Part shown: piece by piece, positions 41,101 through 53,173 of the stretch | Layout: each line of letters opens with the position of its first letter | Position numbering within the stretch: position 1 is the stretch's first letter | Assembly: GCA_051362555.1 (NCBI GenBank) | Contig: CM120640.1 | Location: 1,922,001-1,986,000, forward strand | Reading direction: 5' to 3' | DNA: 64,000 nucleotides | Origin: Lingula anatina | Lineage: Eukaryota; Animalia; Brachiopoda | Program-made: the position numbers and the translations under genes | Notes under the pieces: model-generated | What the model was told of the DNA's origin: nothing | The model's database searches: none | The model's input: the letters and a program-made list of their open reading frames with translations, nothing else

Positions 41101-44100
41101 TGATGTACAAAGAACTTGCAGACAATAAGATTGACTTTTTGAAGTCTGTTTTCTCGGTAATCTTATTTCTTCCCAGTCTGATATTTGACACCAAATACAG
41201 GATATAGCTATTGATCTTTTGAAGTTTTTAGGGAAAAAAAGGAGAACTGATTTCTAAAGAATTTTCCTTTGATGTGAATCATGAAAGAAAATTGGTCTAA
41301 ACATTCCCCAATAAAATAAATAAAGTGCATTTTGTAACATTGGATCATGTTCCATAGACAGTGATGCCTTTGATAACTTAACTGTCTCCATATATAGTTA
41401 CACTTTTTCTCAATTGTTTTGAACTGTAAGGGACCATTCCTACAGATATTTGGATAGATCTATCTCCCTGGGGAGTCTCACTAAATTGCTATCAACTTAA
41501 CCAGGTTAAATGTCTGTCATGCCTAGCAAAATTGTTAGGGGGTAATTATAGCCTGTACCATGGTTTCCTGTTGAAGCATTGAAAAAAATATGTAACTATG
41601 ATGTAACTACATATCTAATGAATCTGTTTACTCTTAACTGTCATTATCTTAAAAAATACTTTCTGTTCTGAGGGCCAAGATAATGACACCTGATGTGTTA
41701 AACCCCTGGATATGTTTGTACTTTATGTGGGTTGCTGCCTGAAACTTTTTTTAATTTTTTTTTTAAGAACATTTTGGAAATATGTTTTTGTTCTTATTTG
41801 TGATAGGGAGCCTGTTTAATCTCTATTATTTTCTTCTTTTTAAAATTTTATTAATGTTTTGTTTTTTATTTATTTTATTCTATTATTATTATTTATTAAT
41901 TATTATTAATTAATTTATTTATTTATTTATTTAAAATAGAACTGGGGGGAGGCAGTGAATTTTGGTTTAGATCAGTAGATTAAGATTTTTAAATCTGTCT
42001 ATTGCTCTTAAATTTTTTATATATTTCTAATAAGATTGAGTTTTTAGTAGTTTTAATTTTAAATGGTTCCCTTGAGTGTTTTAGATTTAACTATTGTAGT
42101 AATTTTATTGATTCTAGTTACATTATCCTTTGTAAGCGCCATATAAGGGACTTCTTATTATTAATGTCAAGCCCTGGTGGCTTGAATGGCCTGTAAGTTG
42201 AAAAGTATTGGGCGCAGTCTATAGAATGCAGGTGTAATTGTTGACATCATGCGTCTTTTTATTTCTTTTACAAAATTAGGATAATCATACCTTTATTACT
42301 TATATCATAGATAGCAATTGTCTTGTGACATCATGTCTCAATGGAATTAAAAGATAATGACACCTGTTGTGTTAAACACCTGGATATGATTACACTTTAT
42401 CTGAGTTATCCTTCTACTTGCTGTCTGGAAGTTCATTTCACCTGAAGGTTAAGTTCTCTGAAACTTAATTGATTAAAAAAAAAAAAAAAACTTTTGAAAA
42501 TGTCATGTTTTTGTTCTTATTTGTAATGGGAAGCCTGTTTAATCTATTATTGGCTTTGATAATGTTAAACCCCTGGATATGATTGCACTTTATGTGGGTT
42601 ATCATTTACCTTGCTGCCTGGAAGTTCATTGCACCTTAAGGTCAAGTTCACTTAAGGGCCATTCAGAATGAGAAGAGCCGAGTGCTACATGTAGCTGGTC
42701 CACAGCCTAAATATGGCGGATTTACATAAAAGGAAGACTGCTTAATCCTGTAATGGTCTCTCCGCCTCTCACACGCCTCCCCATGCGTTGTCCCTCGACC
42801 GGTCGCATTGAGACGAGATTTAATTACTGCGCCCCTGCCAGGACGACGCGTGGGGAGGCGTGAAAGAGGCAGAGAGACCATTACAGGATTAAGCGGTCTT
42901 CCTTTCATGTAGGTCCACCATATTTGGGCCGTGGACCAGCTAGAACTCAGCTCTTCTCATTCTGAATGGGGCCATAGGCTTTTTTTTATCTAAAAGTACT
43001 TTAAAGCCCCTTTTACATCAAGTGGCGCAGGTTTTTGTATCATTTCAGTTTGAGAGAGAGTCAGCTAAACAAAGATAGCCACTTAATTATCAGGAGTTTT
43101 ATAATGGGACTTCTGGGACTTCCAAACAGTTGGTAGTGAACTTGTGAAATCAAATAAATATCCCATAGAGTAATTACATGCTGTGGCCAGTCTAATTACA
43201 GTGGGGCCTAGGAGAGGATCTGTTTGAATGAATCTGCCAATTAAAGATGTCCTTACCCTCTGATCAGTTTTCATTTCCCTTTATTAAAGTAATAATTGGG
43301 TGGATGCCCTGATTTTTCAGAATTACAATAACCAGTTGCATCATAATATTTTAATGGTTGGAAAAGGAACTGATTCACAGAAAGAACCTGTTTCCGTGAT
43401 AAACATAAAATTAGTCCAAAATTGATTTTAAAATCAGTGTGTGACATTAATCACCGGCCAGACTGCCAATGCCAGTAAAAATTGGACCCGGCCAGTGAAA
43501 TTTCTGACAAACAGTCCGTTACTGGGCCAGTGGATTTTTCAGCTGAAACTTGTACTCTAATTTGTTCAGGCAAAATCTCATGTTTTTGTCCTATTTGTAA
43601 TAGTTTTATTTCAATGTGTTCATTTAATTTTTTTATATATAATTGGACTCGGGAGAACAATGAATTTTGGTTTAGATCAGTAAGTTCTCAGACCCTGGTG
43701 GCTCGGATGGTCTGTAAGTTGAAAGTATTGAGTGCAGTCTGTAAAATGCAGATATAATTGTTGACATCAGGCGTCTTTTTATTTCTTTTACAAAATTAGG
43801 ATAATCATACCTTGATTACCCATATCATAGATAACAATTGTCTGATGACATCATGTCTGAATGGAATTAAAATTGCTGTAATTTCTAAGAAATGATGTGA
43901 TGATTAATCGCTTTACAGTAAAAAGAAAGATGCTCTAAAATTTGTCAATTCATTTTTCCAGGAGATTTTGAATGACTCATTTTGTCCTAGTAATTCAGTC
44001 CACAGCTATCCTCCATTGCACTTGTGTGTGTGCGTACAATCAATTTTATTATAAGCCTTGACACAGCTTTCAGGATAGTGGATTAGGTGACACTTGTGTG

Positions 44101-47100
44101 CCTGCTCCTGTGAAAATAGTTCATATTTCAGGTAGAATATGGGTTCTTGACATAATGATCAGTAACTCATATCTTGAATATATGCTTTGAATACCAAATA
44201 ATTCCACCTGGCCAGTATCCATTATAAATACTGCAAAGAAATAATCAATAATAGAAAAAAATAACAGAAAGCAGAATATATAATGTTTGGAGTTAGGGTG
44301 TATTTATAATCCAATTAAGATGTTAAATAATATCATCTGTGGATCTGTACATTAATTGACCACTGGTTCTAATTGTCCCTGCAAGCTTGTTTAGGAAGGG
44401 TCACTCAGTGCAATTTTTATGTGAATCACTGCTTTCACATTTTATGGCATGTTTCTCATAAGAAGTTCATCCTTTGGGGTCATGTGGTACATTCAAGAGC
44501 TCCAGTGTTAATTATATGATTTGTTTACTATTTGGTCTTTGTCTTCTGTGAGATGTCTGGAAAATGCACCCATTGCAGGTGCACTGGCCACTGATTAGCT
44601 GAATTGGAAATATGAATAGTCTTAATAGGAGAGAACTAAGAACTGGAGGATATGTAAACAAATCCTGGGGGTTGGTGACTTTGTATCTAGAAATACAATG
44701 TTAATAGCAGGAATACTAGGGTAGATAACATGAAGGTCATTTCCTCTGTCCAAAAACTATTTGCACTAAAAATTTCTTTCCTTATCATTTTTCTCTCCTT
44801 ATTGTTGTTTATTCTTTTAGATTTATAGATTGTCATAATTTGAAATATTTTTAATTGTTGAAGTAAATATTTCCATGAAATTGCTTTGATTAAAATTCAT
44901 TGTAATGTAGAGAAACCAAGCATTAATACAATTTGTCACAGTGCACAGCACTCGGCAGAATACTAGAAAATTTGACTAGGTTATTTCAAAGGAGAAAAAA
45001 TTCAGTGCTGTAAGTAAAGCTAGGATGATTTGTGCAATTTTTAAATCATTTATGGATCAGAATTGGAAGTTTAAAGGTAACAGCTGTGGCCTGGCTGGAA
45101 TTGAGTTCACCATCTGATGACGGGGAGACTGGTTAACTGAACTGGAATGTTGTAACTTTATGTAGACACTCAATGGCCCAGCACTTTTCTACCTGTTGAA
45201 TTATTGTTTAAACAAAATCTCATGCAGAATTTAGTTTTTCATGAATAGGTAAAAGGGGTTATTGATACTAATGTGGGACCAATGCCAGGTGATACTTTCA
45301 GTAAATTGTTTCTCTCATCAATATAGTATAAGGGTTTTTTTTAATGGCATTAAACATTTTTAGAAGAACGGTTCATTAAGAGCTAGCTTGTGACATATAA
45401 CTTATTTCCAATGCAAATATTTAATTGTACCACCAGCGTTAGCGCTGGCGGTACACATGGTTTCGGTCCCGTCCGGATCGTTCCGCCGGCTCCGCCGGCT
45501 CCGCCGGACGGCTACCGTTACCGCTTCTCCTCCTAGACGGTAAGGGCCCCCGTACCCATCTCATGGATTTAGGTCACCTATAATCTCAACTCGTTCCACG
45601 TAAAATTTGGGCTTTGTCGGTATTGGGGTCTGGGTGTGGCATTCATTACAATGCACCCTTGTCTAAAAATGGCAAAATTAAATGCTAATTATCTACCCTA
45701 CGGAAGGAGTTATGGGAAAAATTTCTATAGACGGCTTTCCAAAAGTCATATGTGTAGATTTCAAATATACCCTTGGATTTGACCTTTGACCTTTACTTCA
45801 AGGTCAAATGGGTCAAAATTTTCAAAAAAATGAAATTTTTTACGAAAAAAAATTTTTTTGCCCTGTTATTCAGACACTACACAGACTTAACCAATAATAT
45901 TATTGGAAAGTGTTACCCTTCAGGTCATCTTTCATCTCCATGAATTTGGGGTCAATCGGTGCATTTTCACGGGAGTAGCGGCCATAAGATACCGAAACTG
46001 AAAACTGTCTCTAATTCGGGAACCGTTAATGCTAGAGACCCATTCTTTTTTGCATTTTGTAGAGCATGTAAAGCCCAACACTGGAGGTGGTCTCGGTTTT
46101 TTTGTATTCCATACGGTTTTCGAGTTACGCTGTATCAAAAAGTACATATTGGTGGTAAAAGCAAAATGTGCAGTACGGTAATGGATAATAAATTTTGAAC
46201 TCTGGAAAAATAAAACATAAGGCTTGGCAAAGCAGACAATTTGTGTTCAAAAATGACATTATTTCATCAAATTTGAACTTCTGAAACTTCAGAGCACCTC
46301 CTATTTCAAGAATTTTGACCAAAATGACATTTTCTTTATTTTAATTAATTTTTTCTGTACGAAATTTAAGGCACATTATGGTAACTCCAAAATTATAACA
46401 TTTAGTCCCTTATATCTCCAAAACTGGCAGAGATAGGTCCATAGTTACTATTGAAGTTGAATAGGAAGTCATATACTGGCAATCTTACTGTGACCTTGAA
46501 ATTGACCTTTGACCTACTTTTCACCATGAACTGAACTTTGCAAATTTTGCTTCCCTTTTATCTCCCAAACTGGCAGAGATAGGTCCATAGTTACTATTGA
46601 ACTTGAATAGGAAGTCATATACTGGCAATCTAAATGTGACCTTAAAATTGACCTTTGACCTACTTTTCACCATGAACTGAACTTTGCAAATTTTGCTTTC
46701 CTTTTATCTCCAAAACTGGCAGAGATAGGTCCATAGTTACTATTGAACTTGAATAGGAAGTCATATACTGGCAATCTATATGTGACCTTAAAATTGACCT
46801 TTGACCTACTTTTCACCATGAACTGAACTTTGCAAATTTTGCTTTCCTTTTATCTCCAAAACTGGCTGAGATAGGTCCGTAAATACTATTGAACTTGAAT
46901 AGAAAGTCATATACTGGCAATCTAAATGTGACCTTGAAATTGACCTTTGACCTACTTTTCACCATGAATTGAACTTTGCAAATTTTGCTTTCCTTTCATC
47001 TCCAAAACTGGCAGAGATAGGTCCGTAGTTACTATTGAACTTGAATAGGAAGTCATATACTGGCAATCTATATGTGACCTTAAAATTGACCTTTGACCTA

Positions 47101-50028
47101 CTTTTCACCATGAACTGAAGTTTGCAAATTTTTCTTCCCTTTTATCTCCAAAACTGGCAGAGATAGGTCCATAGTTACTATTGAACTTGAATAGGAAGTC
47201 ATATACTGGCAATCTAAATGTGACCTTAAAATTGACCTTTGACCTACTTTACACCATGAACTGAATTTTGCAAATTTTGCTTTCCTTTTATCTCCAAAAC
47301 TGGCTGAGATAGGTCCGTAGTTACTATTGAACTTGAATAGAAAGTCATATACTGGCAATCTTACTGTGACCTTGAAATTGACCTTTGACCTACTTTTCAC
47401 CATAAACTGAACTTTGCAAATTTTGCTTCCCTTTTATTTCCAAAACTGGCAGAGATAGGTCCATAGTTACTATTGAACTTGAATAGGAAGTCATATACTG
47501 GCAATCTAAATGTGACCTTAAAATTGACCTTTGACCTACTTTACACCATGAACTGAATTTTGCAAATTTTGCTTTCCTTTTATCTCCAAAACTGGCTGAG
47601 ATAGGTCCGTAGTTACTATTGAACTTGAATAGAAAGTCATATACTGGCAATCTTACTGTGACCTTGAAATTGACCTTTGACCTACTTTTCACCATAAACT
47701 GAACTTTGCAAATTTTGCTTCCCTTTTATCTCCAAAACTGGCAGAGATAGGTCCATAGTTACTATTGAACTTGAATAGGAAGTCATATACTGGCAATCTA
47801 AATGTGACCTTAAAATTGACCTTTGACCTACTTTTCACCATGAACTGAACTTTGCAAATTTTGCTTTCCTTTTATCTCCAAAACTGGCTGAGATAGGTCC
47901 GTAGTTACTATTGAACTTGAATAGAAAGTCATATACTGGCAATCTTACTGTGACCTTGAAATTGACCTTTTGACCTTCTTTTCACCATTAACTGAACTTT
48001 GCAAATTTTGCTGCCCTTTTATCTCCAAAACTGGCAGAGATAGGTCCATAGTTACTATTGAACTTGAATAGGAAGTCATATACTGGCAATCTAAATGTGA
48101 CCTTAAAATTGACCTTTGACCTACTTTTCACCATAAACTGAACTTTGCAAATTTTGCTTCCCTTTTATTTCCAAAACTGGCAGAGATAGGTCCATAGTTA
48201 CTATTGAACTTGAATAGGAAGTCATATACTGGCAATCTAAATGTGACCTTAAAATTGACCTTTGACCTACTTTTCACCATGAACTGAACTTTGCAAATTT
48301 TGCTTCCCTTTTATCTCCAAAACTGGCAGATATAGGTCCATAGTTACTATTGAACTTGAATAGGAAGTCATATACTGGCAATCTAAATGTGACCTTAAAA
48401 TTGACCTTTGACCTACTTTTCACCATGAACTGAACTTTGCAAATTTTGCTTTCCTTTTATCTCCAAAACTGTCAGAGATAGGTCCATAGTTACTATTGAA
48501 CTTGAATAGGAAGTCATATACTGGCAATCTAAATGTGACCTTAAAATTGACCTTTGACCTACTTTTCACCATGAACTGAACTTTGCAAATTTTGCTTTCC
48601 TTTTATCTCCAAAACTGGCAGAGATAGGTTCATAGTTACTATTGAACTTGAATAGGAAGTCATATACTGGCAATCTAAATGTGACCTTAAAATTGACCTT
48701 TGACCTACTTTTCACCATGAACTGAACTTTGCAAATTTTGCTTCCCTTTTATCTCCAAAACTGGTAGAGATAGGTCCATAGTTACTATTGAACTTGAATA
48801 GGAAGTCATATACTGGCAATCAAAATGTGACCTTGAAATTGACTTTTGACCTACTTTTCACCATGAACTGAACTTTGCAAATTTTGCTTTCTTTTTATCT
48901 CCAAAACTGGCAGAGATAGTTCCATAGTTACTATTGAACTTGATAAGAAAGTCATATACTGGCAATTTAAATGTGACCTTGAAATTGACCTTTGACCTAC
49001 TTTTCACCATGAACTGAATTTTGCAAATTTTGCTTCCCCTTAATCTCCAAAACTGACAGAGATAGGTCCATAGTTACTATTGAACTTGAATAGGAAGTCC
49101 TATACTGGCAATCTAAGTGTGACCTTGAAATTGACCTTTGACCTACTTTTTATCATGAAGTGAACTCTGCTAATTTCTTTCTTTTTTAACTTCAAACTTG
49201 ACAGAGATAGGTCCATAGTTACTCTTGAACTTGAATAGGAAGTCATATACTGGCAATTTACTGTGACCTTGAAATTGACCCTTGACCTATCTTACAAAGA
49301 ACTTAAATTTGATTGTACCATATATATTTTTTGCAATAGTTTAAAAATTCTTGTTGATTGCATTTTTACAACTTGTCAAGCATAAAACTGGTGGCTGTGT
49401 CCCTTATTTTGTGTATGTGGGGGTCTATACGCATGCGCTTGCTCCAGCTGGTGGTACAATATTCGGAGGCGGTATCGCCTCTCTGATCCTCTAGTTTTAA
49501 ACTAAAAAGTAGCAATTTTGACTTGCATGTTTAATAAAGTATGGTGAGATCACATCTGCAAGAATTAAATGGCATTCACATTAAAAAGTTGTTGAAGACC
49601 GTTTTTTTTAATTAGATTATTAAAAACTAGCTTGAGAGATACATTTTCTTAATTGATCATTATTTTTTTTAAAGTATTTTTTACTTCTTTTTTTTTTATT
49701 AGATAAGGGTTTGCATTTGTTTAAAAACTATAAGTACTATTATTTTGTTTTCACAAAAAAGCTTGACACAAGTACAAAATTACAATCTGTTATTATGTCC
49801 AAACTTCACAGCTCTTTTCTGTCGAAAAGTGTAATTAGAAAAAGAGAAAATGTATTTTTATTTGGGTCTCATGTTCCTGTTTTATTCCAGGAACAGCTCC
49901 AGTCCCAGTTGCAGCAGCTACGTGACATGGGGATCACGGACATCGCCATGGCAACCAGAGCTTTGGAGGCTACTGGCGGGAACATACAGGCTGCGCTGGA
50001 ACTGCTCTTCAGTGATGACATCATGTGA
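36241..50028 (+). CDS. UBL7: Ubiquitin-like protein 7 (UBL + UBA), 10 exons, ~351 aa
   Basis: Exons 36241-36385, 36971-37093, 37267-37346, 37732-37816, 38066-38123, 38481-38599, 38962-39017, 39477-39584, 39848-39991, 49891-50028 (1056 nt). Peptides 'ELIYCGRCLQDDETLESYGVKPGTTVHALKK', 'IIAATPKLDKDPVA', 'HPSLAHAA', 'ITSDFFAQAMQ', and UBA 'QLQQLRDMGI...RALEATGGNIQAALELLF'. Confidence 0.9.
37833..37897. repeat. (TATAT)n pentanucleotide microsatellite
   Basis: Direct reading of the sequence. Confidence 0.9.
38132..38224. repeat. Compound (ATT)n(AAT)n(GAT)n microsatellite
   Basis: Direct reading of the sequence. Confidence 0.9.
40286..40377 (+). ncRNA. Candidate intronic RNA hairpin (pre-miRNA-like)
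   Basis: 43-position stem with 33 Watson-Crick pairs, 8 G-U pairs, 2 mismatches and a 6-nt loop when folded on the + (UBL7 sense) strand. Confidence 0.4.
41677..43872 (+). repeat. Patchwork of local duplications and degenerate repeat copies in UBL7 intron 9
   Basis: 'gataatg...tgttaaac.cctggatatg' occurs at ~41680, ~42353 and ~42558; the block ~42170-42350 is duplicated at ~43690-43872. Confidence 0.7.
42656..42973. mobile_element. Palindromic Harbinger-like MITE, ~318 bp
   Basis: Ends GGGCCATTCAGAATGAGAAGAGC...GCTCTTCTCATTCTGAATGGGGCC with arms complementary over most of the length. TAA on the left flank; right TSD imperfect. Confidence 0.8.
45421..49496 (+). mobile_element. HINE/Helentron-type non-autonomous element, family C, carrying a satellite array
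   Basis: subTIR TGTACCACCAGC (45426-45437), inverted GCTGGCGGTACA (45444-45455), (CCGCCGGCT) microsatellite, 3' subTIR GCTGGTGGTACA (49447-49458), hairpin GAGGCGgtatCGCCTC (49466-49481), terminal CTAG plus T-run. Confidence 0.85.
46407..49289. repeat. Satellite-like tandem array, ~20 x 146 bp
   Basis: The unit 'tatctccaaaactggcagagataggtccatagttactattgaacttgaataggaagtc...tgacctttgacctacttttcaccatgaactgaactttgcaaattttgct' recurs every 146 bp. Confidence 0.97.
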
Positions 50029-51043
50029 TTACTCTCATTGAAATGATAGCCAAATGGAGTGCATGTGTAGAAAGTGAACTTTCAAAGAATACTTGAGAAA
50101 AAAAGGAAAGAAAGGGCATTTTGTGATGAGAATCCTGAATGCCAGTTTGATGTATATGGGTTGTGCCATTTTAAACTATAATTTATATGTTTAAAGGGAA
50201 AGAAACTCTCATCAGAGTTAATTTTTTGAATTTGTCATTTCTTTTGAGCATCTTGAGTTTAACTAGGATAATTCAAGATTTTTTTCAAGTCTAACTTTCT
50301 TAGAATTTGGAAATTTTTATAAATGTATGTACGTAAAAGGTTAGTTCAGTAAGCTTTCTTAGAGCTAATAAACTACTGCAAACATTTTTGTGTCATCCGT
50401 TTTTCTCTATAAATATATTGTGATTTATACTGCAAACATTTTAAATTATTTTCATTTTCTCTATTTTATTTATTTTTTTTATTGACTTGTGCTAATGACT
50501 TTATCTTTTCAATGGGGAAAATATTTGAATCTTACAGTCCCCAAAAATATGTTTCTGTATAGCTGCCAATTTAGATAAGTTCAAAATATTATACGCCTCA
50601 TTGGGGTATCTCATCTATAATGATTCATATTTGAAAAAAAAACCTGGAAATGCCCAGTGTTATCTTTTAATCTCATGTTAGATATGAAATTGATTCAAGT
50701 CTGTGATTAATAGTTGACCTTTATGAGTAAGAAGTTTGACCTTGGAGCATTTGGACAGAAAATCAATAAAATTACTCTTACATAAATTTTTGTTCAGCTA
50801 GTCATTAATAAAAAAGAAAAAAATAAAGACATGTAAAATACAGCTGAAAAAAATTAATTTCGTTTCAAATATATTTTGCCTCCATTTTTGCTATCAACAG
50901 CTGACAGACATAAAGAGCATCAACTGAGCATGGTTTAAGTATATTATCTGAGCATATGCAATTCACTGTCATGTTAGCAAGTGTATTAAAACAACTTTAA
51001 TCCCTTTTTCAGAATCACACTATTATTCAAGTTGTTTGCTTAA

Positions 51044-53173
51044 GGTCGGTGATAGGGTTAAATACGCTTAAAATCGTGTTTTTGAGTTTTTTGTGTGTTT
51101 ATATTAATCAAAAAAGTATCTAACGTTGGATGTAATAATTTTTATGAATTTGCATCGCAAAATGCGTCTTTTGATGAGTTTTTCAACCGGCACGCGCCCC
51201 AGTCAGGCTGACAACTAAGCCACGCCTCTGTTACTAAGGGCCGTTGCCATGAGGGGGTCGGAGCACAGTTAATGAGTTATAAGCCGATTACGTGTGCGGT
51301 AATAGGTCATAAGTCTTACATCAGCTTAGCAGCGAAGAAGTCTAGCTAGTACACTATGGGGAAGAGAAAAGTTCGTGTTAAAAGTCCCTTTCCAGAGGAA
51401 AGAAGGAAAATTTTGAGAGTAAGGCCTATGCGTGGCGGTTGGGGAAAACCGGCCCTATTTGTTCAGTCGGATGACTGATTTCTGTATACCTAATAAATGG
51501 GTGAAAGAGTTAATCGAAACGTCTAAATTAATTGACAAATGAAAGGAAAATCGATAAAAACATAAATAAAAAAAGCTAAAAAAGGATACTTTTAGCCTAG
51601 CCTTTAATTTTTGCGATATATATCGTCGAGCGTATCTGCGACACGTTACGAAACCGGAAATGATTGTTGGTCGCCGTTTGCAAAAGGTAAATCTAATGTT
51701 GACAAAATAAAATTTTATTCTCCAAGATATGATATCATGGAGCTTGAGAGACACGCGAAAAATTGTGATTTGAATGGCCAAACAAGAGAAATCCAAGCAA
51801 AGGTTGACAGCATGATTAAAACAATAAAAATAAAAACGCATGTTAGCGGCTTTGCATTTTGCGATATTTGGAGAAAAACAATTTCAAAATCACTGATCAA
51901 GCGGGAAGAAAGAGTTCAAGTGTCCAAAAATGAAAATCACAAAAAGACCCCGAGAATAGTCAAGGCTAGCAGGTAAAAAGCAAATAGGGTCTAAGTGTCA
52001 TGTGTGTAAAAATAAAATATTTATTCAAAAGCCTTCTCTCAGCAACTTTTACCGCTGAATCTTGTGCAGCTGAGCGTCTCCCCTTTATCTTAGCTGTCAT
52101 TTTGAGCGAGACCGCTCTGAAGTAATTACTGGATTTTTCCGTTGATCTGACGACTACCAAGTGCCGTGCAAAATAATCCTGCAGCGTTACCCGTCAAAAA
52201 ACTCGTATCAACACAAGTGACGGACACTTGCTCTCGACACAGTTTTATCTGATCACTTTGCCGATAACAAAGAAGGAATCTCTCAGGTAAAATTACTCGA
52301 TTGCCGAGGAAGAGCCATTGAAACGTTCAAATGCAACTTCACACCTCTTAATTGCGGTTAAACGTAATCGCCTTTGTTAGCGCTTCCTTCTACATATCCT
52401 TGACACCCTACTGGACATCACAAGGCTAGGGCCCTCTCCACAGCTGTCAATCAAAATGGCGGCACGCTTACATGCCTAACGAGTGGTCGGAAAATGTAAC
52501 AAAAGCACGATTTTCTGCCCTTTCAAAGCACCCAAACAAAATATTTTTAGATGACAATAAGCAATGGTTCCAGCTGATCGTATAACCGATAACAGGTAAA
52601 TTTGCCAGCTAAGCATTTGACTAATAAGCCCTGTTAACCAACCTGTGAACGTTTTTGGCTGTTTTAACAGCTTTCTATATTGACGAGATAAATGAATCGC
52701 TGCCAAGTATATCTCACTATCTGAGCAACCGATCGTTACAAAAGTTGCACCTATTGTTGTTAGGAATGTGGACTACAGCATGATATCAGGGGTTTAAGAG
52801 AAAATTGTTTGTTTGAAAGATATCGCCTTTTGAAGTGAATAAGCCATTGAAATATGGGGTAATTTAACGTAAAAGATGATAAAATCAAAAGTAAATAGTT
52901 TAAGACAATTCCCTGGTACCGCGCTGAAGTGCTTTCACCCAGCTTTATGAGGCCTTTTGAATCACTTGAATAGCTGTCTTGGTTATAGAGAAAATCCCAA
53001 TACCGAAAACGGCATTTTTCCCCTCAAATTGGCGCCAGAGCGTCATCCGTTGGACACTGTACTTAATCCCCGTCTTTAATTGGCCTTTTGGGAAGTTTGT
53101 TTTAATTTCTTATAAAAACTTATAAGCCCAGGGCTTTGTTTCTATGACTTTGGTCCTTTTACTATCACCGGCC
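51044..53173. mobile_element. Kolobok-like non-autonomous DNA transposon, 2130 bp
   Basis: TTAA at 51040-51043 and 53174-53177; 12-bp TIR GGTCGGTGATAG / CTATCACCGGCC (1 mismatch); GG...CC termini; CpG-richer than the flanks; no intact transposase ORF. Confidence 0.75.

Noticed and set aside
47098-47695. Two ~101-aa minus-strand ORFs with near-identical sequence
   Set aside because: They are translations of the 146-bp satellite dimer and show no protein-family features.
46407-49289. Regular array superficially like a CRISPR locus
   Set aside because: The units are contiguous with no unique spacers, the context is a eukaryotic intron, and there are no cas genes.
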